A stretch of 64,000 nt of DNA, from NCBI GenBank assembly GCA_018304045.1, contig JAGVWZ010000009.1, positions 13 through 64,012 on the forward strand. Direction: 5' to 3'. The position numbers were made by a program, and so were the translations under genes. Shown piece by piece: positions 22,012 through 30,867 of this stretch (position 1 is its first letter; each line of letters opens with the position of its first letter). Under the pieces are notes generated by a model that worked only from the letters and a program-made list of their open reading frames with translations, did not search any database and was not told the DNA's origin. The DNA comes from Candidatus Pacearchaeota archaeon (GTDB lineage: Archaea > Nanobdellota > Nanobdellia > Pacearchaeales > GW2011-AR1).

Positions 22012-22964
22012 TAAAATATTCTTCTGGTTTATTGGATTTTCATACTCATTCTACTTTCTCTGATGGTTCTTTAACACCTAGTCAACTTGTTTCAGAAGCA
22101 AAAAAAACAGGAGTTAGTGCCATGGCATTGACAGACCATAACACTATTTCTGGACTTGAAGAATTTCAAGCTGCTTGTAGAAAAGAAGATGTTTTTCCAA
22201 TTCCTCTAGGAGTTGAAATTTATGCAGAACTTCCTTCAGAGATTGTTACTCCTGAAGATAATAGAGCCCCTGATTTAGTAATACTTGGAAAAAATGTGAA
22301 TCCTAAACCACTTTATGACTATGAACAAAATCTATTAAAATATTTTAGAGAAGTTTTTCTTTTTGAGAGTGTAAGAAAATTAGAAGTTCTTGGTTTTAAA
22401 TTTCCTAGGGAAAAAGTAAGGGAACAATATGAAATTCTTCAAAGAGAACTTCAATCTCCTCCAAAAATACTCCATGATTTCATTGGATTACCTGGCAATA
22501 GGGAGGTTTTTTTAAGATATCTTCAAGAACATGAAATAAATGATGAGATTGCTGGAAGAGAAATAAGTTTTATGAATAAATATCTTTTTGCAATTGGAAG
22601 ACCTGCATATGTTGATAGAATTTCTGGTTTTAATGTTTCAGATGCAATTGTTCTTGCGCATAATATGAATGGAAAATTATTTGTTGCTCATCCTGGTGGA
22701 AGATTTTTTGGTGCATTAAGACCTGAGATTATTGATTACTATGTTCAAGCAGGTATAGATGGTTTAGAGGTTAGAAATTATTTTAATAGTAATGAACAAA
22801 ATTCAAATTTTGATGAACTTGCTAGGAAACATGGGTTAATAAGAAGTGGAGGATCTGATTATCATGGAGCAAATGGGATTTCAAAAATAGGAATTTATGA
22901 TGTTCCGGATAATCAAGTTCCTAAAGAAGTTTTGGAAGAGCTTGTTGATAATTTACCTAATTGA
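22008..22964 (+). CDS. PHP-domain metal-dependent phosphoesterase
   Basis: 318 aa with LDFHTHSTFSDG, ALTDHNT and GGSDYHG motifs. Confidence 0.8.
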   Translation: MIKYSSGLLDFHTHSTFSDGSLTPSQLVSEAKKTGVSAMALTDHNTISGLEEFQAACRKEDVFPIPLGVEIYAELPSEIVTPEDNRAPDLVILGKNVNPKPLYDYEQNLLKYFREVFLFESVRKLEVLGFKFPREKVREQYEILQRELQSPPKILHDFIGLPGNREVFLRYLQEHEINDEIAGREISFMNKYLFAIGRPAYVDRISGFNVSDAIVLAHNMNGKLFVAHPGGRFFGALRPEIIDYYVQAGIDGLEVRNYFNSNEQNSNFDELARKHGLIRSGGSDYHGANGISKIGIYDVPDNQVPKEVLEELVDNLPN

Positions 22965-23019
22965 ACATATAAATATTTTTAAATGAATAAATAGTTTATT
23001 TTTTAAGAGAAAACAAGAA

Positions 23020-23886
23020 ATGGGTGAAGAAAAAATAAAATTGCCTGGAGAAGTGAATTATGTTGAAGCATATCTTACTTTAAGATGTAATTTTGCATGT
23101 CCTTATTGCATTAATGATAGATCTAAAATTGTAAGAGTCATGAATGAACTTCCTGCTGATGAATGGGCAAATGCATTGAATAGAATTGATTTTGGTAATG
23201 TTTCTTTAACCTTGGGTGGTGGAGAACCAACTATGCATAAAGAATTCTATGGATTACTTGAAATACTTAGGCCTGAAATAAGTGTTGACCTTTTGACTAA
23301 TCTTTCATTTGATATTGGAGAATTTGTTGAAAGAGTTAAACCTAATAGATTTGGCAGAGGAACAAATCCTGCATATAGATCTATAAGGGTAAGTTATCAC
23401 CCTAAAAAAATGGTTGCTGAAGAACTTGTAGAAAGAGTTCAGGGGCTGCAGGATAGAGGATTTTCAATAGGAATTTTTGGAATAAGTCATCCTGAAAATA
23501 GCGAGCCTAACATGCAAATGTCAGAGGTGGCTAGAAGGGCAGGAGTTTATTTTTTTATTAAAGATTTTTTAGGAGATTATGATGGACAAAGATTTGGTTA
23601 TTTTAAATATCCTGCTGGATTAGATGATGTAAAAAAACAAGCAGCATGCAGAACAAGAGATTTATTGATTGCTCCTGATGGTCAGGTGTATAAATGTCAT
23701 AGAGATCTTTATTCAAGAGAATCTCCAGTTGGAAATATTACTGATAAAAATTTTAGGCCTGAGTTTAAATTCAGGGATTGTTCTAACTATGGATTATGCA
23801 ATCCTTGTGATGTTAAATTAAAAACAAATAGATTCTTACAATCAGGCAACTGTCAAGTGGAAATAGAACCAAAAGCAAATGCTTAA
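23020..23886 (+). CDS. radical SAM protein with C-terminal Cys-rich (SPASM/twitch-like) region
   Basis: 288 aa. LTLRCNFACPYCIN motif; C-terminal Cys cluster CRTRD...KCHRD...CSNYGLCNPC. Confidence 0.75.
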   Translation: MGEEKIKLPGEVNYVEAYLTLRCNFACPYCINDRSKIVRVMNELPADEWANALNRIDFGNVSLTLGGGEPTMHKEFYGLLEILRPEISVDLLTNLSFDIGEFVERVKPNRFGRGTNPAYRSIRVSYHPKKMVAEELVERVQGLQDRGFSIGIFGISHPENSEPNMQMSEVARRAGVYFFIKDFLGDYDGQRFGYFKYPAGLDDVKKQAACRTRDLLIAPDGQVYKCHRDLYSRESPVGNITDKNFRPEFKFRDCSNYGLCNPCDVKLKTNRFLQSGNCQVEIEPKANA

Positions 23887-23910
23887 AATCACTAAACTTT
23901 TTAGGATTAT

Positions 23911-25074
23911 ATGAAAAAACAGATTGTTTTTATTGAATACACCCCATCTGTTCCAACTATTAAAATAGCAAGAACTCTTAAACTTACTGGAAATTATGAA
24001 ACAATATTAGTATCATTTAGAAAAAAAGAGGAGGAATTTCTCGGAAAAGCATTTGATAGAGTTATTTTTATTAATCTTACTCATAAATTAAATAAGAAAA
24101 ATATTATTAATTTTTTTAAAAATATATTTAGTAAAGGAACTAGAAATGCATTGAAAGAATTAAGGGCATTGGACCCATATATTTTTCAAATAACAGGACC
24201 TGATCTTTTCACATTAATTTCAACATCATTAATAAATAAAAAAAGTGCAAGAATTTATTTTGCCTATGATATATGGAAATTTTTTGAAAAAAAATGGTCT
24301 TTTAAAAATATTGGAATTAAAGAATTATTTCAAAAAGTTATTGAGAAAAGATTTTTCAATATTTGTGATGGAATTCTTCACAAAGGTCCTGAAGATGAAT
24401 TCAAATATTTAGATTATAAAATTTCTGTTCCATCTTTATGTTTTTATCCAGGATGTTTGGATGAATGGATAATTCCTGTTAAAAAAAATAAGAAAATAAA
24501 AAATATAAAACTTGTTTATGCTGGTGGGCCATTGGCTGCTTGGAATGGAAGAGTTGCTTTTATAGATGTTACTAAAGAAATAACAAAACAAGGAATATAT
24601 TTTTCTACTTCAAGTAAGCCAATAATTGAAAAAGATTCTGAGATTTTCTTTGATGAAGAAAAAAGAAATCCTTATTTTAAATTTGGAGAAAGGGGCAGGT
24701 CTGAGTATTTTAGTAAAAATATTTCAAAGTATGATTATGGGATAATCCCTGATTTTTTTGATACCTCTATAATAAATCCCCTTTGGCCAAAAACTTCAAT
24801 GGCAAACAAACTATTCACTTACATTGAAGCAGGCATTCCAATAATCATAAATGAACAAAGTGAAGTTATGGCAGATGTTGTTAAGAATAATAGCATTGGC
24901 ATAGTTATAAAATATGAAGAATTAAAAAATCTTAAAAAAATTATACTTAAAAAAGATTATAATAAATTATTAAAAAATATGAAGAAAACACAGGAAAGGT
25001 ACAGGCTTAGTAAAAATATACATTTGATTGAAGAATTCTATGAAAAATGCTATAATTTAAAGCATATAAAATAA
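23911..25074 (+). CDS. putative GT-B glycosyltransferase
   Basis: 387 aa, extremely AT-rich. The C-terminal half (LVYAGGP..., KLFTYIEAGIPIIINE) resembles the Glycos_transf_1 fold. The call is weak. Confidence 0.45.
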   Translation: MKKQIVFIEYTPSVPTIKIARTLKLTGNYETILVSFRKKEEEFLGKAFDRVIFINLTHKLNKKNIINFFKNIFSKGTRNALKELRALDPYIFQITGPDLFTLISTSLINKKSARIYFAYDIWKFFEKKWSFKNIGIKELFQKVIEKRFFNICDGILHKGPEDEFKYLDYKISVPSLCFYPGCLDEWIIPVKKNKKIKNIKLVYAGGPLAAWNGRVAFIDVTKEITKQGIYFSTSSKPIIEKDSEIFFDEEKRNPYFKFGERGRSEYFSKNISKYDYGIIPDFFDTSIINPLWPKTSMANKLFTYIEAGIPIIINEQSEVMADVVKNNSIGIVIKYEELKNLKKIILKKDYNKLLKNMKKTQERYRLSKNIHLIEEFYEKCYNLKHIK

Positions 25075-25113
25075 AATAAATATCTTTAAATATAAAATAA
25101 AAAGCATGACATA

Positions 25114-26178
25114 ATGGGAAAAGAGAGTATTCCAGATATGGATTTATGCAAATTAGCATATCATCCAGAAAGAGTTGCTGAATGGAAACAAACAGGCGAT
25201 TGTTTTCCAGTTTATGTGGAAGTTGGACCTACTAATAGATGTAATCATAATTGTATGTTTTGTGCATTGGATTGGGTTGAAAGAGGAGAAATTAGAATTG
25301 ATAAAAAAGTTTTATGTAAAAACTTAGAAGACATGGCTAGAAGTGGCGTGGAATCTGTGATGTTTGCTGGAGAAGGTGAACCACTTGCACATCCAAATGC
25401 ACAAAAATTTGTTCAAGAAGCAAGAAAAAATAATATGGAAGTTTATCTAACAACAAACGGAGTTTTATTAACTAGAAAACGTGTTGAAGAAATTATTCCA
25501 TATTTATCTTGGATAAGATTTAGTGTTGATGCTGGAACAAGAGAATCCTATGGAAAAATTCATAGAACAAGGGAGGAAGACTTTGATAGGGTTTGGAGGA
25601 ATATAGGGGATTGTGTTGATGTTGGAAGAACAAGTACTAGGGGATTCAATGTAAGTGTACAGACTCTTCTTTTATCTGAAAATATTGGGGAAATTGAAAG
25701 ATTAGCAGAATTATGCAAGCAAAATGGTGTGAGCAATCTTCAAGTTAAGCCCTATTCTCACCATCCAGATAGTAAAAATGATTTATCTGTAGATTTGGAA
25801 TCTGCACAGCGGTTGGGTGAAAGATTAAAAAGATTTGAAGATGGAACTTTTAGGGTTTTTTATAGGGGAAAATCTGTTGAAAGACTTACTTCTGAGAAAG
25901 GATATAGCGAATGTTTGGGACTTCCTTTTTTTGCACTTATTGATGCTAGTGGAAATGTTTTACCATGTAATTTGTTTTATGAAAAACCTGAATTTTATTA
26001 TGGAAATATTAATCACCAAATGTTTTCAGAATTATGGAAAGGTGATAAAAGGAAGCAAGTTCTTGAAAGATTAAGACAACAGGGAATAGGAGGTTGTAGG
26101 GATGGATGTAGGCTAGATCCAAGTAATAGATACCTAAGCATAGTAAAAAATCCAGGGGCTTATTACAGGGGATTATGA
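25114..26178 (+). CDS. radical SAM protein (SPASM-like C-terminus)
   Basis: 354 aa. GPTNRCNHNCMFCAL motif; C-terminal CLGLP...PCNLF...GGCRDGC. Its 3' end overlaps the convergent gene by 6 nt. Confidence 0.8.
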   Translation: MGKESIPDMDLCKLAYHPERVAEWKQTGDCFPVYVEVGPTNRCNHNCMFCALDWVERGEIRIDKKVLCKNLEDMARSGVESVMFAGEGEPLAHPNAQKFVQEARKNNMEVYLTTNGVLLTRKRVEEIIPYLSWIRFSVDAGTRESYGKIHRTREEDFDRVWRNIGDCVDVGRTSTRGFNVSVQTLLLSENIGEIERLAELCKQNGVSNLQVKPYSHHPDSKNDLSVDLESAQRLGERLKRFEDGTFRVFYRGKSVERLTSEKGYSECLGLPFFALIDASGNVLPCNLFYEKPEFYYGNINHQMFSELWKGDKRKQVLERLRQQGIGGCRDGCRLDPSNRYLSIVKNPGAYYRGL

Positions 26179-27783
26179 TACTTTTATTTTTCTAATTTTT
26201 GTTTTTAACCTTGCATAACTATCTTTTAATTTTCTTGTTCTACTATAATATCTGTAGGCTAATCTTTGAACTGCACTTACTAAAACAAACCTCATGTGGC
26301 AATCCCTGCAAAATAGATGAAATCCATAGGTAAATTGATTTGATATAAAACAATTTTTGTATTTTATTTCTTTTTTGCAATAGGGGCATTTAACTAATAA
26401 AGTGTATATTTTTGAAGAGGTTTTTTTTATTTTTAATGGACGAACAAATTTTGCATATTTACTAAATAATATAAGAATTGCTCTGTCTAATTCTTTTAAT
26501 TCCTCATTTGTCATTTTGTCAGTCATATTTATTCTTGCATCAGAACCCATTTTATTTTGAATAAAATCTATTTTATCTTTTATTAATCCTTTTTTTACAC
26601 AATGAAAATAAATATCACTTCCAGGATAGGGTTCTACAAAACCCAATGAAATCTGCGCTTGCGCATTTTTCTTCCAATAATTAAGAGTTTCTTTTGCTGT
26701 TTCTTTTGTCTCTGCTATATCACCAAAAATAAAATTTCCCTGAATACCTATTTTTGATTTCAAAGTTTCTTTGAATGCAAAATCTATTTTTTCAGGAGTT
26801 ATTGGCTTTCTCATGCTCTTCAAAACTATTGGAGAAAAACTTTCAAAACCATAGCTAATTATTTCACAACCTGATTCTTTCATTATCTTTAACATTTCTG
26901 CATCAACACTATTTACAATTAATTGGCAATGCCATTTTAATGTTCTTCCTACTTCTTTTGATAAAATTTTTATTTCCTTGCAGAATTCATACAATCTTTC
27001 TTTATTTGCAGAAAAACAATCATCATAAATCATTATATTATTTATATTATATTTTTTAACATTTTCCCTTAGCTCCTTTATTACATCTTTTATTGATCTG
27101 GCTCTAAATCTCATGTCATGCCAGCAAAATGTGCAATTGAATGGACATCCTCTGCTTGCTAAAATTGGATAGGTTCTTGGAAAATCAAATGCTTGAAAAT
27201 TCCAATTTTCATTACAACGCATATTATCTAATTGAATATCAAATCCAATTCCATCAAAATCTGGATATGGAATTGACTCTATATCTTTTATAGGTTCTCT
27301 TGGTTCTGTAAACTTTGCTTTTCCATTTTCCCTGAAAATTATTCCTTTAACTTTTGAAATATTTTTACTTTTGTTTTTAAGTGAATCAACAAGCTCTTTA
27401 ATTGTTTCTTCTCCTTCTCCAAGAACTGCAAAATCTGTTTCCAATGAATTAAACATTAATAATGGTTCACTGGTTATTATTGGTCCACCTGTTACAAAAA
27501 GAGGTTTGGAAGGATGATTATGAACTGTTTTTATTATTGTCTTTAATTGGGCATAGAGAAATGCATTTCCTCCGCTTCCGACTAAACCATACTTTTTTTT
27601 ATCTAAAGTTTTGTGAACTAATTCTTCTACAGTTCCTTTTAGATGATTTAAGTTAACACAATTAACAGAATGTCCTGCTTTTTTTAATGTGGAAGATATG
27701 TAAGCTAAACCAAGTGGGAAATTATAAGAATAATCTGGATTAATACTGTGATTATATTTTGGGATTAATAGCAGTATGTTCAT
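26173..27783 (-). CDS. cobalamin-binding-domain (class B) radical SAM protein
   Basis: 536 aa. TGGPIIT and VLGEGE motifs plus ASRGCPFNCTFCWH. C-terminal CPYC...CRDC zinc-ribbon tail. Confidence 0.8.
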   Translation of the reverse strand: MNILLLIPKYNHSINPDYSYNFPLGLAYISSTLKKAGHSVNCVNLNHLKGTVEELVHKTLDKKKYGLVGSGGNAFLYAQLKTIIKTVHNHPSKPLFVTGGPIITSEPLLMFNSLETDFAVLGEGEETIKELVDSLKNKSKNISKVKGIIFRENGKAKFTEPREPIKDIESIPYPDFDGIGFDIQLDNMRCNENWNFQAFDFPRTYPILASRGCPFNCTFCWHDMRFRARSIKDVIKELRENVKKYNINNIMIYDDCFSANKERLYEFCKEIKILSKEVGRTLKWHCQLIVNSVDAEMLKIMKESGCEIISYGFESFSPIVLKSMRKPITPEKIDFAFKETLKSKIGIQGNFIFGDIAETKETAKETLNYWKKNAQAQISLGFVEPYPGSDIYFHCVKKGLIKDKIDFIQNKMGSDARINMTDKMTNEELKELDRAILILFSKYAKFVRPLKIKKTSSKIYTLLVKCPYCKKEIKYKNCFISNQFTYGFHLFCRDCHMRFVLVSAVQRLAYRYYSRTRKLKDSYARLKTKIRKIKVS

Positions 27784-27838
27784 GTTTTTAAGATTAATGA
27801 AGATATTTATAAAGATTTATATAAAATTTGTTTATTGT

Positions 27839-29464
27839 TTAATTGGAGAAAGCCTTTATTTTATTCTTTTTATCTTGGTCTTTTAAGTTTTTTATTATTG
27901 CCTGCAGGATAAATTTATTTCCAGATAATATCTTAAACAAAAGAGCTATTGGATAAAGCGTAAAGAATTTTTTTTGCAACTTTAATGAAAGTAGTTGAAA
28001 AAGAAAAATAAACTCAAAAGATTTTTTCATTGTTTCATAATCTTTCGCACTTATCTTCTTTAGTCTTAATAAAGGAAAAGAAATAAATGCTGTGTTTTCT
28101 TTATTAATAAAGTCTATTATTTTTCCATTATATATTTCTTTTATAAAATCTAAATTATTAATAAAAAAATCTTTGGTCATCATTATTTGACTAAGATCAA
28201 GAAATGAATTAAAATCTTCTTTTGAAAGAGTATTCATTGTTGTGTCCCACTTAAAATAAAGATAATCCCCTAGGTATTTTGAATTGACATAATAATTACA
28301 ACAGCTTATTTGTTTTTTTGTTTTTTCCAGTGAATAGATTTGAAGATATTCTCTAAATTCCATGTCTTCTGAATTTTTTGTTTTAAAGTATATATAATCA
28401 AAATCTTTTATTTTTTCAATTATTTTTTCTTTTTCTTTTTTTAAATCTTCAACTGATAATGAAATTGCTTTGTGTCTTATTTTTGGAAGATTATTGTGTC
28501 TTATTTTTGGAAGACTGGTTATTATTTTATCTAGGTCTTTGTCCAAAGAATAGGTACTTCTTATTTTTTTATAAGTAATATTTGCTATTTTTTCTCTTTC
28601 TTTTTCATGTTTAAGATAATAATTTATTTTTTCAAGCAAATCCTCTCTATCTTGGTACATGATTATTTCTTTTCCTTCTTTGAGCAAGCGAGGATATTCA
28701 TCACAATATCCTGTAAGAACAAAGGTTTTACAAGAACTCCCTTCAAAGAACTTTCCTTTCATATGCGGAATTCCAAAATGATTATGAGAAAAACATAGAG
28801 TAATCTTACTTTGATTTATTACTTCTACCATTTTATCAGAGTCTAGTGCTCCTTTGTATATTTCCTTAAATTCTGGATAATTATCCCATCCCCATCCAAA
28901 AAGAGTTAATTTAACTCCTTTATCTTTTAGAAATTTTATTAATTCATATCTTTCAGACTCACTTGTTTTTGGATGACCTATAAAGGTTACATCATATTCT
29001 TTTTTTAAGTTTAAATGTCTAAAATACTTGGTATTAAGTCCTAAGGTAAAGAAAATGTTTTTAATCCCATCTTTTTTATACTCTTTTAAATATTTTCTTT
29101 GAAATACTAATCCTAAATCTAAAAATAATATATAGTATCTTGAAAATGCTTCAAATGCAGCATCATCATCTCCAAAATATAACATTGTTTTTGTATTAGG
29201 CGAAATCTCCCTAATCTTTAACAAAGTACTAAGATAGAATTCTTCGTTTCTCACACACATAAAAATAAAATCTGGTTTTTCTCGTTCAACTACCTCAAGA
29301 AACATCTGATTCATCTTATCTTTTCCATATTTGAAGTAGTTAAATTTAGGGTCAAAGGCAATAAGATTATTGCAATGTCTTTCTAGGGCAAGATACCAAT
29401 TAGGATAAAGAAAATAATACTTATTAGGAGTCTCTGCGAATAGAATTTTATTTACCTTTTTCAT
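27839..29464 (-). CDS. CgeB/DUF3880-like glycosyltransferase
   Basis: 541 aa. The central region (DVTFIGHP..., KGKFFEGSSCKTFVLTG) resembles CgeB-family GT-B proteins. Contains an in-frame 24-nt duplication (LPKIRHNN/LPKIRHKA). Confidence 0.55.
   Translation of the reverse strand: MKKVNKILFAETPNKYYFLYPNWYLALERHCNNLIAFDPKFNYFKYGKDKMNQMFLEVVEREKPDFIFMCVRNEEFYLSTLLKIREISPNTKTMLYFGDDDAAFEAFSRYYILFLDLGLVFQRKYLKEYKKDGIKNIFFTLGLNTKYFRHLNLKKEYDVTFIGHPKTSESERYELIKFLKDKGVKLTLFGWGWDNYPEFKEIYKGALDSDKMVEVINQSKITLCFSHNHFGIPHMKGKFFEGSSCKTFVLTGYCDEYPRLLKEGKEIIMYQDREDLLEKINYYLKHEKEREKIANITYKKIRSTYSLDKDLDKIITSLPKIRHNNLPKIRHKAISLSVEDLKKEKEKIIEKIKDFDYIYFKTKNSEDMEFREYLQIYSLEKTKKQISCCNYYVNSKYLGDYLYFKWDTTMNTLSKEDFNSFLDLSQIMMTKDFFINNLDFIKEIYNGKIIDFINKENTAFISFPLLRLKKISAKDYETMKKSFEFIFLFQLLSLKLQKKFFTLYPIALLFKILSGNKFILQAIIKNLKDQDKKNKIKAFSN
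28470..28517 (-). repeat. 24-nt in-frame tandem duplication
   Basis: ttgtgtcttatttttggaaga occurs at 28470 and 28494 and encodes LPKIRHNN-LPKIRHKA. Confidence 0.85.
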
Positions 29465-29600
29465 AGTATATTCAAGCCTTATTTTAAAAAATTATTGGCT
29501 TAAAAATATATGTATACTCTTGAATAGGAAGAACTCTCAAAAGAAAAAGTATATTATTCAGAATAGAATTGTTTATAAATAAATTTTTTTATAGGGTATT

Positions 29601-30731
29601 ATGAGAATAGAATTTGGAGATTTAAAATTAGGTGAAAGTGCAAGAAGGCATATTGATGATGTTCTAAGAACAAGTTGGGTTTCTGCAGGTCCAAAGGTTG
29701 CTGCATTTGAAGAAGGATGGGGAAAATTATTTGGATATAAACATAATGTTGCAATGGATAATGGAACAAGTGCTGATATGGCTTGTTGCATGACTCTTTA
29801 TGATTTAGTGGGGGCTGAGAGGGGGGATGAAATAATTGCTCCGGCTCTAGCTTTTGCAGCTGTTGGAAATTCTATTGTTGCTGCAGGATTTAGGCCTTCT
29901 TTTGTTGATGTTAGGAAAGAAACATTAAATATTGATGCAACAAAAATTGAAGAAAAAATAACTCATAGAACAAGAGCTATAATAGCGGTTCATACAATGG
30001 GAAAACCATGTGCAATGGATCCTATAATGGAACTTGCAAAAAAATATGGATTAAAAGTAATTGAAGATTCTTGTGAAGCTCATGGTGCAAAATATAATGG
30101 AAAATATGTTGGACATTTCGGAGATATGGCTGCTTTTAGTTTTTATGCTGCTCATCTTATATGTTGCGGAGAAGGGGGAATGGTATCTACAAATGATTCG
30201 CAGGTAGCAGAATTATTAAATTCAGTTAGATCTCATGGAAGAAAACCAGATAGTTTATATTTTGATCACTTAAGATTTGGATTAAATTTTAAAATGAATG
30301 ATTTGGAAGCTGCAATTGGACTTTCTCAAATAGAGCAATTCAGAGAAATATTTGATACAAGAAAAAAGAACCTTCTTTATCTAATGGATAGGACACTGGA
30401 TTTACAAGATATTGCATATTTTAATACAGAATCTCCAAATGAAGAAGTAACTGCTCATGCATTTAGTGTTACATTAAAAGACCCTAAATTAGATGCTCAA
30501 AGATTAGCTGAATTTTTAGAATCAAATGATATAAAATGTAAAAGAAATTTTGGAAGCATGCCGACTCAACATAGGGCTTTTGAATTCTTAGGTCATAGAT
30601 TAGGGGAATTTCCAGAGGCAGAATATATTGGAAACAATGGGATTCATTTTGGTTGCCACCAATATTTAACAAAAGATGATTTGGATTTTGTTTCTGATAA
30701 ATTACATGAATATTTTGCAACAGCTAGATAA
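29601..30731 (+). CDS. DegT/DnrJ/EryC1-family PLP/PMP enzyme, ColD/E1-like nucleotide-sugar 3-dehydratase candidate
   Basis: 376 aa with a family-typical N-terminus and DNGTSA. The active-site stretch is SFYAAHLICCGEGG, with His185 (30153-30155) where aminotransferases of this family carry the Schiff-base Lys. Confidence 0.8.
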   Translation: MRIEFGDLKLGESARRHIDDVLRTSWVSAGPKVAAFEEGWGKLFGYKHNVAMDNGTSADMACCMTLYDLVGAERGDEIIAPALAFAAVGNSIVAAGFRPSFVDVRKETLNIDATKIEEKITHRTRAIIAVHTMGKPCAMDPIMELAKKYGLKVIEDSCEAHGAKYNGKYVGHFGDMAAFSFYAAHLICCGEGGMVSTNDSQVAELLNSVRSHGRKPDSLYFDHLRFGLNFKMNDLEAAIGLSQIEQFREIFDTRKKNLLYLMDRTLDLQDIAYFNTESPNEEVTAHAFSVTLKDPKLDAQRLAEFLESNDIKCKRNFGSMPTQHRAFEFLGHRLGEFPEAEYIGNNGIHFGCHQYLTKDDLDFVSDKLHEYFATAR

Positions 30732-30867
30732 AATAAGATTATTCTTTAAGTTTGATTATTGTTAATGTAAAAAGTATATAAAATAATTACAAGTAATTAT
30801 TAATATCAATTAGATATAGGCTTAAAATGTAGGATATTAAGCTAAATATTTAATAAAAATATTAGGA

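Noticed and set aside
16595-23886. Phosphonate (AEP/fosfomycin-like) biosynthesis, suggested by the combination of ThDP decarboxylase-like enzyme, aminotransferase, B12-rSAM and kinase.
   Set aside because: No PEP mutase-like ORF (isocitrate-lyase fold) exists anywhere in the window. The ThDP protein is a full-length ALS-type enzyme (589 aa) rather than the shorter phosphonopyruvate decarboxylase type.
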